Source: Octopus vulgaris (Eukaryota). Taken from it: a stretch of 64,000 bases of DNA. Below are positions 15,464 to 29,850 of the stretch, piece after piece. The notes beneath the pieces are model-generated. The model made no database searches. It saw nothing but the letters and a program-made list of their open reading frames with translations, and had not been told where the DNA came from. Position 1 is the first letter of the stretch; each line of letters opens with the position of its first letter. The DNA is taken from assembly GCA_951406725.2 (NCBI GenBank), contig OX597823.1:10664001-10728000 (forward strand). Reading direction: 5' to 3'. The position numbers and the translations under genes are program-made.

Positions 15464-15770
15464 GAACAAGAACAAGAACAACAACAAGGAGAATAAGAAG
15501 AAGAAGAAGAAGAAGGAGAAGAAGAAGAAGAAGAAGAAGAAGAAGGAGAAGAAGAAGGAGAAGAAGAAGAAGAATGAGGAGGAGGAGAAGAAGAAGAAGA
15601 AGAGGGAGAAGAAGAAGAAGAAGAAGAAGGAGGAGGAGGAGAAGAAGAAGAAGAAGAAGAAGAAGAAGAAGAAGAAGAAGAAGGAGGAGGAGGATAAGAA
15701 GAAGAAGAAGAAGAAGGAGGAGGAGGAGGAGATTAGGATATGATGATGATGATGATGATGATGATTATAA
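15336..15770. repeat. Compound (AAG)n/(AAC)n/(AGG)n/(ATG)n microsatellite
   Basis: Directly visible. Confidence 0.97.
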
Positions 15771-15936
15771 TCATTCGTTGCTTTAATCTGTCGGGCGTTC
15801 GATGACCTTTTATGCACAAGCGTTTCATTAATTCTAAAATACATACTGACGCGCGGGCGCGCACACACACACCCGTATTTATATGTGTGTGTTTCCGTGT
15901 ATGTGTGTATTTATACACACACACACACACATATAC

Positions 15937-16225
15937 CCGAATTGGCAAATTCGATCGAACCTCGGAATAGATCCCTTGTGATATTTGTTCTGACTCTCTG
16001 TCGACTGACTTCCAGTACATGCAAGGTTAAATATATCTTTTATATTCGGGATATCGATGTAAACTTGTTCAGTCCACGCCTGTGGTTTGTGTGAAATGCT
16101 CGGAGGCTGGAAGACATGTTCTGGCAAGAATATCCGTATAGAGTTGCAAAGCAGAGCTGGTCATGCCTTTTCTTTGGTCAACAGGAATTACAGAACAACA
16201 ATATTTGCCACTGTGAGCCTGCAAC
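15937..16225 (-). other. Candidate exon of an unidentified minus-strand transcript
   Basis: Acceptor ttgtcttcttccag|G at 16226/16225; unique sequence; weak donor CGG|GTATAT at 15937/15936. Confidence 0.35.
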
Positions 16226-16337
16226 CTGGAAGAAGACAATATTACAAGCCGAAGATTAGAGAGTACGTATAAAAAAAAAGTGGCCGCGCGCGCGTGCTAT
16301 AACGGGAAGAAAAGACAGTCTGTCACACATTTTAAGA

Positions 16338-16375
<38 letters not shown>

Positions 16376-16376
<1 letters not shown>

Positions 16377-16772
16377 TAGCAGTATCGCCCGGCGTTGCTC
16401 GGGTTTGTAAGGGAAATAACTATATAAGCATTTTTTGAGATGTAAAGTATAATAGCCATCTCAATATGGCGAACCACAAAGGGGAGTGTTACTGTAGCTT
16501 TTTACGTTCTGAGATTTGATAATACATTTTAGAGAGTTACTTCCCTTATATAATAGCAAAAAAATGCATTAAAAAATGGGAAAAAATTATGGTTATTCTT
16601 TTTTTTTAAATCATAGACTCATCGTAGAGGCGCACTAATACCCAGAAGGGCTCGATATGAATCACGACTATAAGATACCTGCTTTTGGTTACACTGCACC
16701 GCAAAATGTGGGAGTAGTTAGGAATCTAAATCGTAGGAGACAGACACACAACTTTAATTTTATATATAAAGA
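16376..16772 (-). mobile_element. Non-autonomous Helitron (same family as 1103-1498)
   Basis: 5' TC, 3' hairpin + CTAG, A|T insertion inside (AT)n. Confidence 0.87.
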
Positions 16773-17361
16773 TATATATATATATATATTTCTATCTATC
16801 TATCTCCTTCTCTTGTTCTTTCTTTCTGTTTTTCTCTCCCACCCTTTCCGCATTCTTCTCCTCTCTCTCTTTCCCTCTTCCTCCTTGACTCTCTCGGTGC
16901 TCACACGTGACCAACGGCCACTTCTTTCCTAAAGACAAGACGTGCTTTTATCTGTCTCTTCTTTCTCAAAGCTCGTTTTTCCTGCCTTCACAACTTCACA
17001 TCGTCTTGGCTTCACAGCCCTCACCGTTTGTTTTTACTGTTTTGCACTCACTGTCCTGTTTTTGTTACCTCTTTCACCCCCCGCAAAAAATCCAAAATTT
17101 TATTTAATTTGCTTTGCGGGAAGGACTGTTTTAGCGAAGTCTCATCTTGTCCTAACTTTCGAAACGCCCAGTAGATAAAACAGGGGACAACTGATGAAGG
17201 GAATGATCTTTATGCTGCATGCTCGTTTCTCTGTTTGTTTTTTTCGTTGTTTGGAAAAAAAATCGTTTTCTATGTTTTTGTTTTTTTATGTTCTCGTTTC
17301 TTATTTTGTCTACGATTTTCGATGTCCTGTACCCTATATATACATGTATATATACATATAT

Positions 17362-17752
17362 GTGGAGGCGCAATGGCCCAGTGGTTAGGGAAGCGGACTC
17401 GGGGTCATAGGATCGCGGTTTCGATTCCCAGACCGGGCGTTGTGAGTGTTTATTGAGCGAAAACACCTAAAAGCTCCACGAGGCTCCGGCAGGGGATGGT
17501 GGTGATCCCTGCTGTACTCTTTCACCACAACTTTCTCTCACTCTTACTTCCTGTTTCTGTTGTACCTGTATTTCAAGGGGCCGGCCTTGTCACTCTCTGT
17601 GTCACGCTGAATATCCCCGAGAACTACGTTAAGGGTGCACGTGCCTGTGGAGTGCTCTGCCACTTACACGTTAATTTCACGAGCAGGCTGTTCCGTTGAT
17701 TCGGATCAACCGGAACCCTCATCGTCGTAACCGACGGAGTGCTTCCACCACG
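17362..17752 (+). mobile_element. SINE family A, complete
   Basis: Full match; tatatacatatat on both flanks. Confidence 0.92.
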
Positions 17753-17817
17753 TATATACATATATATGTAGGTATGTACATATATGTATGTCTATATGCC
17801 TATATTTATATATTATT

Positions 17818-17890
<73 letters not shown>

Positions 17891-18937
17891 CATGCGCGCG
17901 TACATATATTTACATAATTACACATACGCGCGCGCGCACATATGTACCTGAAATTACTTTCTTCTGGAATCAGAGTTTCGTGTTTGCCATTGCTAACAGA
18001 ACTGGACGAGCTGCCAAATCTCAGCAGTATAATAAATTATTATATCCTGTTTCAGTACTAAGTTTTTTAATCTATTCGTTGTAAATAAAAGCCTAAATCC
18101 ATTGCTGTCAGTTTCACCATAGAAATGCAAGATTAATTAATCACATTAGCTAATGTGTTAAAACTGGTGTCTCTTCAGATAGAATTCACATGGTTTTTAT
18201 TAGTGTCACCATGTTAAAGATAGTGGAAACTTCTGTCATGCGCAAAAAGACATGAACTCGCAAGGGAGGTATCTTCGGGATTTTTAAGTGGTTATTTCCT
18301 TAGCGTATTGAACAATTAATTATACTAACAATATTAAAGATGGACGAAAGATAATTAGCAAAAATGAATGAGTTAGGATATAAGTCTACATATTGGATCA
18401 TTCATAAATGAGCAATATATTTTCTCAGGTAAACTAAAAATTAAATTAAAAAGCATAAATTATATTACTTAGGATGGAAAAAGCAGCTCTCAGCTAGATT
18501 CGTTTGTAATATATACTACTTCAAGAGGAATGAACCACACAATAATTTTTGAAGATATGTATTATATGTAAATGGACGGTCTTTCGGTGGCTGATAATAA
18601 TAAGCGAAATACCACGAAATATCTTGCTCGGCGTGCTAACTATTCTGACAGCTTGGCGCATTATTCGTGAGAATATTTTAAAAAAGAACGTTCAATACAA
18701 AATATTTAATCTGGTAGGTTTGTAGAATTTCAGTAGCATCATGTGAAAATGTCTACAAACCCCAAAATCTCCAAACAGATTCTCAAATAATCGCCTGAGA
18801 CTTTTGTCGAACGGTACATAGTGAATATCTGTTAGTTTATGTAATGTCAACTTCTCTCTCTAATTCTACACTTAACTTTATAGTCAATGTTTTGCTTGAG
18901 TTATTCTACATATTTCGGAAACTACATGAATACTGGC

Positions 18938-19002
<65 letters not shown>

Positions 19003-19065
19003 ATATTTAAGGGATGAGAATTTTTGTTGCTTCAATGTTCTTTCAATCATGATGACATTTTGTTT

Positions 19066-19158
19066 TTTTAGTTCTCTTTATCTTTTCTTGTTCTTAGAGT
19101 TCTCTTTTTCTTTTCTTGTCCTTAGAGTTCTCTTTATCTATTCTTGTACTTAGAGTTC
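19066..19158. repeat. 28-bp minisatellite, about 3.3 copies
   Basis: ttagagttctctttatcttttcttgttc; ttagag recurs at 19094, 19122, 19150. Confidence 0.85.
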
Positions 19159-19643
19159 TGTCCCGCTTCATATAGCGTTGGAATTTCATCTTTGACTAGG
19201 TGTGCACGAGAGTTTGCTCCGGAAGCTGCACGCATGGATTATAAATGTCATAAATTAATTGGCTGAGATAGCACTAGCTCGTCAACATTCACTGTATGGA
19301 CGATAGCCGCATCCCAAAGGATATCTTTTAAGAAAATCAAGTGTGCAAGAAGTAATCTATTGGCCATTTTCGAGTGCATTGCAAGAACATTTGCATAAGG
19401 GCCCCAACACCGCTGTGGTATCGTGAGAGAGCCTTGCATATGTTGATTTCGACGGGGAATTCTTCTGGACTGGCATCACAAAAAAGGAGAAAAACTCATG
19501 GACGCTGCAACAGAGAAATAGATTTACAGAAAGTGAAAAAGACCAATAACCACCCACGGATTGTCACATCTGTATTAGTCAAAAATATCGCTGCTTCAGA
19601 TAAACAGAAATCTAGAGCAAATATGTTGTCCATTGGTATATAT

Positions 19644-19985
19644 GTAAAGGGTAAGGGTAAAGACCCCCTTCGGTCAGGCACTGACCATGGGTTTGCACCT
19701 AGAGAGATACCCTCTGAGGCACAAGTCTGGGCAAGGTTGTTTTATGGAAGACCAGCAGTCGCCCATGCATACCGGCCTCCCCTCTCCACGTCACCGATGT
19801 TGTCCAAGGGAAAGGCAAGGGCCGATACAGCTTGGCACCTGTGACGTCGCAACTCATTTCTACAGCTGAGTGAACTGGAGCAACGTGAAATAAAGTGTCT
19901 TGCTCAAGAACACAACACGCAGCCCAGTCCGGGATTCGAGCTCACAACCTCACGATCGTAAGCTCGACGCTCTAACCACTGAGCC

Positions 19986-19988
<3 letters not shown>
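19644..19988 (-). mobile_element. SINE family G (tRNA head, CORE-like middle, (tttaccc)n tail)
   Basis: Minus strand catggctcagtggttagagcg...gagctcgaatccc...ttgagcaagacactt...cactcagctgtagaaatgagt...ctttacccttaccc. Confidence 0.85.
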
Positions 19989-20045
<57 letters not shown>

Positions 20046-20362
20046 ATTTTGGTATGTGTGTGTGTGTGCATGTGTGTCTATATGTGCGTGTGTTTGCATA
20101 TGTTGTAACTTCTAATGAATAACTCAATGAGATGTATCAAAGGAGAGCGATGACGGAAAAATAAAAAAACAAAACAAGAGGAAATATATCCAAAACAACT
20201 GAACCTATAGACCCCATAATAATGAATTTATGTAAAAAGAGATTTAGATAATAATGGACTCCAATTTCGGGGAAGAGGATTGAAATATATATTGCGTATA
20301 ATTTCTACTTAACTTCTGTTAAAGATGATCATAATATATCTCCCACACGCTAAGGAATTTAC

Positions 20363-20462
20363 CTGCCTTTCAAAAATTCCTGTAAGGTCATGATTGTGCG
20401 CATGACGGAAGATGCCACTGGTTTCAATATGGTTGCACGAATAAAAGTTACGCGAATTCTAC
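20363..20462 (-). other. Candidate 100-nt exon
   Basis: Acceptor ttgtttattatggatcttcag|G and donor CAG|GTAAAT; unique sequence. Confidence 0.4.
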
Positions 20463-21698
20463 CTGAAGATCCATAATAAACAATATAGAAACTCATATGA
20501 TTCATCAGTGTTGAATCATTGTGGTGAAACTGACAGCAATGGATTATTAACAAGCGTATTGAAAGTGTATTAACATAGAAACAAACTCACATATACTTAT
20601 ACATACATTCGCATACATACGTGCATATATACATACATACATACATATGTACATATGTTTGTATATATATATACATACACACATATATATGTATATGTAT
20701 ATATACATACACACATATATATGTGCATATGTTTGTATATGTATATATATACATACACTCATACATATGTGCATATGTATGTATATGTATATACACATAC
20801 ATATTTACATATATATATACATGTATGTATGCATATAATTGTGATAGACTCACTGGAGCGCTTATTTGTTTAGAGTTAACGCAATTTCCAAATCTTATGG
20901 GTAGCAGAAATTATCATTAACTTGATTAAAGACAACCATCAAGTAGAAATGTAAACCGATGGACATAAATTATGAAACGTGATCAAGATGTATAACATAG
21001 GCAGATGCCTCTAGAATTGTGGGTGGAAATCAGTTGACTTAATCGATCTCAGTAATCAATAAAAGCAACATGTAATGTTTCTGGATGCTGCATGTTACTT
21101 TTACTTGAATGTAGGTAGTGCCATCACAATCAGCCACTCCCGTGTTTGATTTATAACGTATTTTTGTAGTCTGTCTGTGTGTATGTGTGTTGCACGCTGC
21201 GTACTGCATCGGTTTGTGTGAATAGAACTTGCTCTGCCGTTGTGTACGCACGGCTGTGTAGTGTCAAGTCAGGCCTCTTGTAAGCATACGTATAAATATA
21301 ATAGTATCCTCACGTATCGCATTAACTGAATGTAAAAGACTATTTTCATTGATATGTGTATAGACATCTATTTGTTAAACACGTACACACGCGCTTGCAC
21401 GCGCGTAAAACTATAATTATCACGTGTGATATGGAACTGTATTTTCTGTAAATTTAGTATTCCAATAATAGTGACGTAAATTCTTGTAACTTTCATGGTT
21501 GAATTTCGTGTATGTACGAAGTTAGTAATCTCGTTTACTTATCTTGTTTTACTTATCACGAAAGTTATTACACTGAAACGGCAAGTACATCGACATTAGA
21601 ACTTTGTTGTTTGAGAAATCCTGCTTAAGTGAGAAGTAAAAAAAACTGCGAAACAATCCTCCGAATTTCCTCATCCACTTTAGACATTTTATTCTTAC

Positions 21699-21734
21699 CA
21701 GCGAGAGTACTTTGTTGTTGAGGTCATAACCATT
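21699..21734 (-). other. Candidate 36-nt exon
   Basis: Acceptor tttcactttctatcgaaatttcacag|A and donor CTG|GTAAGA. Confidence 0.35.
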
Positions 21735-21887
21735 CTGTGAAATTTCGATAGAAAGTGAAATATTCTTTTTTTTTTTTTTTTTTTTGGTGGTGGAAGAATA
21801 GTATACCTCAAAGCACACACACAAAGCTTTATAGTATAGCATGTAAATTATGTGTTGAAAACCATTTTGTGGGGAGGGGAATTCGGA

Positions 21888-21960
21888 GGCTTCCCGTGGG
21901 ACTCGAACTCACATCTTTTGTACACATGACAGGATTTCAACCATTAGACCAAAGCAATCC
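21888..21960 (-). pseudogene. tRNA-like pseudogene or tRNA-derived repeat head
   Basis: 73 nt with A box tggtctaatgg and B box gttcgagtcc; acceptor and anticodon stems mismatched. Confidence 0.5.
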
Positions 21961-22031
21961 TTCACACTTCTCCCCCACTTTTAGAAACTTTAATCAATCT
22001 AAAAGGGTTTTTCAACTTAATATTTACATGC

Positions 22032-22343
22032 CGTGGAGGTGCAATGGCCCAGTGGTTAGGGCAGCGGACTCGCGGTCGTAGGATTGCGGTTTCGATTCCC
22101 AGACCGGGTGTTGTGTGTGTTTATTGAGCGAAAACACCTAAAGATCCATGAGGCTCCAGCAGGCGGTGGTGGCGATCCATGCTGTACTCTTTCGCCGCAA
22201 CATTCTCTCACTCTTTCTTCTGTTGGCCTGCTCGCTTAGCCAGCGGGGTGGCGTCACTTGAAGGCTAAAACAATGCAAAGCGCATTGTGACCAGCGATGT
22301 GTAGAAATATCTGATAGCCTGCTCGGTCACGGTGATCACGGTG
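22032..22343 (+). mobile_element. SINE A head with alternative tail 2
   Basis: First ~185 bp match family A, then ttggcctgctcgcttagccagcgggg...(tcacggtga)2; TSD atttacatgc (22022-31/22344-53). Confidence 0.88.
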
Positions 22344-22822
22344 ATTTACATGCTGTTGTTAATAGCTTTATGTATGTGCTTCAAGATTTACTATTCCTAA
22401 AAAGAATTATTTCACGTTCTCTCGAAAGTTTATAAAATTCTTATGACATCAATTGACAAAAAATCTAAATTTGCATTAACCCTGAAGATCAAATCTTGTC
22501 GAGACAGACGTTGAATTAAGCAATACGGGTGCATAAATATACCAGTAATATAATGAGGTAAGAATCGATAAGCTTAACCTTTCTCAAAATTGCTTTTGTA
22601 CCTAATAAAGAAACGATTATTATGTAGTTTGTTTTCGCATTTAATTTGTTTTCTGGAAGTTATGGCAATCGTATTGAGTTTATTTTGGATATTGATAGAT
22701 CTGGTAATATTACATGTATGCACGTATAAGGATGCACATGTATCTTCATATGTAAGTAAAAGTATATATCTAGCAGAATACATATAGACATGCATGCATA
22801 TATCTACACACACACACATATA

Positions 22823-22868
<46 letters not shown>

Positions 22869-23358
22869 CCCTTAGCTCTGTTCTTTTCACTTGTTGCTTC
22901 TTTTCCTCTCAGTTTTATTATGGCGAAGATAAACCAAAGTAGATATCTGTATTGCTCAGAAGCTCTGCAAGTGAATATTTAAAACTAGAGTGTTCACAAT
23001 ATCATTTAAATTTATTCATGAATACATGTACTTATGTTTGCGTGCGTACACGAGTATAAAACAGAAAAGGAAAAAAATGGCGTCTGCTCTTTTATGTCAG
23101 TTAATGGATCCTTTGTTAGTAAATGGCATTCTGAGAACACTTCGTCGCAACATATCTCTTCCATCAAATGCGATGCTTTCCGCGTCTTAGAATGCTGTCA
23201 CACTTCATCACTGCTCAGATATTCTCAGTTTCTACCATGAATTCTCAATGTTTATTTGCCAGTAAAAAGTATACGTTGGCTGGCTGGCCGGTCCACACAT
23301 TAATGGGTAAACAGCTATTCAAGTGAGAGGAGCTGAGAAGAGTCGATAGATGCATACA

Positions 23359-23394
<36 letters not shown>

Positions 23395-23411
23395 TATACA
23401 CATACATATAT

Positions 23412-23446
<35 letters not shown>

Positions 23447-23745
23447 CATATATGTGCGTGTGTGTGTGTGTGTGTGTGTGTATGTATATATATATGGGTA
23501 GGTAGTTATGTATGTGTAGATACAAATATAATATATATACAAACACATACATATATACATATATATATATTTCTTCAGATATATATATACACACACACTT
23601 ATACGTACATAAACACATACAGATAAATACATACACACACACATATATACATATATATATATGTATATATATAATGTGTATGTATATATATATATATGGG
23701 TAGGCAAGTTATGTATATGCAGGTATATAAATATAATATAGACAA

Positions 23746-23841
<96 letters not shown>

Positions 23842-24700
23842 CCATCCACACACACACCCGTATGTATGCGTGTGAATTGCATCTACTTGGCCGCAGCTCT
23901 GAGCTGAAACTTGAGAGAAAAAAGAAATATATATATATATACATATACGTATACATACGTACATATATGCATATTCACTCGCATACATATGGGTGTGTGT
24001 ATATGTGCGTGTGTGCATGGGTAGATAGATAAATACAAAACGAGAGAGAGAGAGAGAGAGAAAAAGAAAGAAAGAAGGAGAGTAAGAGAGATGACTTTCT
24101 GTAGTAGTTTCTTCGTTAGAAGTTGGTAAGTAGTAATATATTAAAAGTACTGCTCACTATCAGCCTATGTAGTTGGACATCTCTGTTGGCCTGTCTATTG
24201 GCATGATCAATAACTTGTCTAAATATTGCCTCTTTTTACGTTTGCACCATTGATCTTTACTAATGCCGCTGCGTCATGTCTCTCTGATCACTAGGCTGGG
24301 GAGGAAGAAGCAGAAAGTTACTGAGAAATCCCACAGTGCTAGCTATAGAAATGTCTGTGTATGTGTGTGTCTGTGTGTCTGTGTGTCGTGAGACTGTATG
24401 TATGTATATGTGTATGTGTGTGTGTGTGTGAGTAAAAGTCTGTGTGTAAGTGCGCGCATGCAGGCGGATGTGTAGGTGACTGTATAAGAGATCGTGCTTA
24501 TATGAGTATGCATGTGTGTAGATGTGTGTAAATATATATATGCATATTTGTATATATATGTATGTGTATGTCTGTGGGCGTGCTTGTGTGATTGTGTGTG
24601 AATACATACATGCATACATATATATATATATATAAATATATACATGCATATGTATACATACATATATATATATACATATTTATTTATCTATGTATACATA

Positions 24701-24736
<36 letters not shown>

Positions 24737-24793
24737 CATACACAAGCAGAAATAGATATATATGTATGCATGTCCTTGTGTATACATACATAT

Positions 24794-24861
<68 letters not shown>

Positions 24862-24949
24862 ATATGTATAAGTATACATGATTGGATATAAGTGAATTTT
24901 TTATGGTGTAAATGAGTGTCTTCATGTTTGTGTGTGTGTGTGCTTGTGT

Positions 24950-24998
<49 letters not shown>

Positions 24999-25172
24999 TA
25001 TGACGAAAGAAAGACAAAAACTCAACACACTTTTAGAGTAACACTTTTAATTTTGGTAACGGAAATTTCAATGCCTCGTTGTCGCCTGCAGACTTATCTT
25101 GGAGGTAATCTTCAGACTCTAGCCACACGCCTGGGTTATTAATCGCTGTAAGCAGTGAATTATACCATTTCC

Positions 25173-25276
<104 letters not shown>

Positions 25277-25333
25277 TGATTGATTTTGATTTTGATTTTT
25301 CCAGTTTCAGCTAATGAGCTGTGGCCATATATA

Positions 25334-25404
<71 letters not shown>

Positions 25405-25412
<8 letters not shown>

Positions 25413-25660
25413 ATGTTACATTACTGGTAGTCAAGATAAAACTCTGAGTTTCAGATGCCGAAGTGGAAATCACAACACCATCTTCGGTTATCTGGCTAGA
25501 TAACCGAAGAGATGGTGTTGTGGATTTCCACTTCGGCATCTGAAACTCAGAGTTTTATCTTGACTACCGAGTAATGTAACATATTGTATAGATAAATTTC
25601 CTCTATTTACATAATATTGAGGTCTCTTTCTTTCTTTTGTTATCTTACCGTTTTATCAAT
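25405..25660. mobile_element. Second inverted copy of the 269-bp hammerhead-bearing family in (AT)n
   Basis: Same sequence as 14001-14825, inverted at ~25497, same terminus ccgttttatcaat|(at)n. Confidence 0.85.
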
Positions 25661-25766
25661 ATATATATATATATATATATATATGCAAAATTGGTGTTAA
25701 CATCTTCCTTGCAAAAATATAGAAATATAATATGGTTAGAGCTCTTTGAATGTAATTATTATATCT

Positions 25767-25858
<92 letters not shown>

Positions 25859-25900
25859 TGTCTGTCTCTCTATATGTATGTCTAAGCACAGAAAGAAACA

Positions 25901-25965
<65 letters not shown>

Positions 25966-26049
25966 TATACATATATATATATACATATGTATATACATAT
26001 ATATATACATATATATACATATATATATACATGTACATATATACATATA

Positions 26050-26085
<36 letters not shown>

Positions 26086-26459
26086 TGTATTGCAAAGCAT
26101 AAATATGCATAGCCACAAGCCTTCGTACGTATGTGTACATTTGAGTAATTTCCCTGTTATCCTTTTTGCCGTTCGGAAATTGAATGCAATAGATCAGAAA
26201 CGAATTTGCTCAAGTGAGAATCGAAACCAAGCAGATGTTAAGTGGGATGGCATTTTCTTGAAAGGTAAACAGAAACAAATGTAATTTGTTACAAGCCGCA
26301 TAAACGACATGCCGACTGCACACAATGAACATTGTTGGTTAATCCTGTTTATTTACTGCGGACTACCACCGTGAGCCTCATTAAAGTAACTGCATTCCTA
26401 ACACTGATGGAGAGTTTAAACACGAGATAATTATGAACAAAATTTACTCAATTACTCAT

Positions 26460-26878
26460 AGGCGCAGGAGTGGATGTGTGGTAAGTAGCTTGCTAACCAA
26501 CCACACGGTTCCGGGTTCAGTCCCACTGTGTGGCATCTTGGGCAAGTGTCTTCTGCTATAGCCCCGGGCCGACCAATGCCTTGCGAGTGGATTTGGTAGA
26601 CGGAAACTGAAAGACGCCTGTCGTATATATGTATATATATATATATATAAGTGTGTGTGTATATGTTTGTGTGTCTGTGTTTGTCCTCCTAGCATTGCTT
26701 GACAACCGATGCTGGTGTGTTTACGTCCCCGTCACTTAGCGGTTCGGCAAAAGAGAACGATAGAATAAGTACTAGGCTTACAAAGAATAAGTCCCGGGGT
26801 CGATTTGCTCGACTAAAGGCGGTGCTCCAGCATGGCCGCAGTCAAATGACTGAAACAAGTAAAAGAGTAAAAGAGTAA
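26460..26878 (+). mobile_element. SINE family B, complete
   Basis: Full head-to-tail match. Confidence 0.92.
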
Positions 26879-28039
26879 ATTCTGTTATCGCAGTTGGAAT
26901 GCATGCTATTGTTTCTTCTGCTTTTCCTAGCAAATTTGTTTTGGAGTAGCTCAGTGCAGGCTCTGATCGAGGTGTCCTGAGGAAATGGTTGTTGTTGTTG
27001 TTGTTATTGCTGTTGCTTTTGCTAGTGGTCGTTGTTACGTATACAGCATTATAGGCCATAGGTGATGAAAATTCTGTTGCACTTCATTTACCCAAACGCC
27101 CGGCCTCTCTCTTTTTGGTGTCAAAAAATACGTCAGTTCTGATCAGTTTCTGAGATTCTAAAAAAAACTCACGTCAGTCAAAATGGAGTACTTTTACTAT
27201 ATCTTCGATGATACTGTTGTTGTCGTTGCGGCTGTTGCTAAGCGAAGCCATATTTAAATTGCCTCCTAAGTAGAGCTTCAATTAGCTGACAAATACATTT
27301 ATTTCTTTAGCTCTGTACAAACACAAGACGAACTGATTTTAGTTTCTTTACTTCTGCTTACACTTTACGTAACCTTTATACCAAAAAACGACCAGTTCTA
27401 TTTCATGCACATGCCTCTTCCTCCCATGGCATGTCGATGTGTCTTATTACCCAGGGCTGTGACTCTTTGCGATTATTTTGCTCAAGAAAATGTTGACCTA
27501 CAAAACGTTTAAATTGAACATAAGCAATATTAACGTCACCAATGTGAGAATAGGCGAAAATGTCATGAAAACAATTCTGACTCCTCTGAATCAACAAACG
27601 CACTTTTTTCTCGCTTAGAAATAACAGCCAAATCTCCTTTAAGACATAACCTACCAACTTAAATATGAGAAAACACTTTAGATACTGTAGATCTTCATAT
27701 CTCTAAAACGACATAATGATCATGGCTGGAATACTTTTGAGGAACAGTGCTTAACCAGGGCCTATCAAAAAATAGCATTTTATTCCATGGTGTTAAAATA
27801 ATGAAATAGGCATTTCATTTATTCTTTGAAGTTTTTGACACTTTGATTGTTATTTTCTAACAGGTTTCGTTCAAAGAGTCACTAAAAAGTAGTATAGAGA
27901 AACTTATAAAAGTGACTATGAAATGCAACCAGTGGAGATTCATTACTGGTATATCATTCCTATTACGTTAGACTTAGGACTTTTGTTACGGGAGGAGATA
28001 TTAAATTATACATCTTCAGCGTTAGAAGCTGTGCAAAGG

Positions 28040-28437
<398 letters not shown>

Positions 28438-28439
28438 AA

Positions 28440-28865
28440 AGATTGTATAGGCACACGCCAGAAAAGGTCACAGAAAATGAGAAAGCAACAATACTATGGG
28501 ATATGCCAATACACACAGATAGAGAAATTAAGGCCAATAGGCCAGATATAGTTGTCAGAGATCATGAAGAAAAAAATTGCTTTCTAATTGATGCATCAAT
28601 ACCAACAGACAACAACGTTTCTCTAAAAGAAATGGAGAAACGTTCAAAATACAAAGCCCTGGAAATAGAGGTAACTCGAATGGGGAGCCTAAAAACAGAA
28701 ACAATTCCTATCACTAGTGGGCACATTAGGTATGATAAAAACAACTATTCAGACAAACACATAACAAAAACACCAGTACTAATCACTACTAGGTACTGCA
28801 CACATCCTACGTAAAATACTTTCAATACAGTAACCATCATAACAAACCACAGCACATACCCAAGA
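28440..28865 (+). mobile_element. R4/Dong-clade non-LTR retrotransposon 3' fragment (restriction-like endonuclease domain)
   Basis: YRHTPEKVTENEKATILWDMPIHTDREIKANRPDIVV...LIDASIP...EMEKRSKYKAL, then after a frameshift LGTAHILRKILSIQ* (stop 28831-33); starts directly after (TAA)n. Confidence 0.85.
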
Positions 28866-29059
28866 AGAAAATTCCAACTGGGCAACAACTGCAAGGTCAT
28901 ATATTGTTTATCTTGATATGAGGTCACCATGTTATGCACATATGGTTGTGATGCATGTGCCTGGTGTACCCTTATCACACAATTTATCATGATGCGTACT
29001 TTGGGCTTCGTTTATCTTACCCCAGTGTCACTTTGATGGCATGCACTTCTATTTCACTC

Positions 29060-29130
<71 letters not shown>

Positions 29131-29231
29131 CAACAACAACAACAACAATAATAATAATAACAACAACAACAACAACAATAACAATAACAACAACAACAAC
29201 AACAACAACAACAATAATAATAATAATAATA
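28866..29231 (+). mobile_element. Family D 3' part followed by (TAA)/(CAA)n
   Basis: aagaaaattccaactggg...ctgcaaggtcat...gcacttctatttcactcaa(taa)n. Confidence 0.75.
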
Positions 29232-29788
29232 AATGTCCTGATGCAGTACCAGGCAGTGGATCTCATGGCTTCTGATCTTAACTGATTCGAAGTGTTATTA
29301 CGTACATTGTTTTGTCTTGGTGTAAAAGATGGGCTACAGCAAATATTCTGCTCAATACCACAGATTTGATTGTCAGTTGTTTGACCTTAACCAGTTGAGC
29401 ATATCCCTTAGTGGCTGACAATATGTGCATCTCTGATCACGAGCAGAAATAGTGGGGGAGCATCATAGCCTTGTGTTGAGAGGGATTCTTTGGGGTTTGG
29501 ATAATTCACCTTTGGAAACATGGGTGTTTCGTTCAACATCCTTAAATAACCCTTATTCAGGGACCTTTCGAGTGGGATGGGTTACTCGACCTGAAGAAAA
29601 TTCTAACTGAGCCCCACCTGCAAGGTCATGTGCTGTTTATTTTGATATGAGATCACCATGTCGCGCACATATGGTTGTGATGCATGTGTCTAGTGTACCC
29701 TTATCAGACGGGTAGTCATGATGGGTATACTGGGCTTCGTATATTTTACCCCAGTGTCACTTTGATGGCATGCACTGCTCTCTCACTC

Positions 29789-29844
<56 letters not shown>

Positions 29845-29850
29845 TAATAA
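29232..29850 (+). mobile_element. Family D, longest copy (~560 bp) with (TAA)n on both sides
   Basis: aatgtcctgatgcagtacc...gcactgctctctcactcaa(taa)n; no ORF; homologous pieces elsewhere in the window. Confidence 0.8.

Noticed and set aside
15194-15868. Poly-E/Q/K/R ORFs, and all YIYI, NNN and III ORFs including 37343-39043
   Set aside because: Translations of microsatellites.
17125-17215. Possible hammerhead (ttgtcc/ggacaa stem, CTGATGA at ~17191)
   Set aside because: No correctly placed GAAA or stem II/III; too decayed to call.
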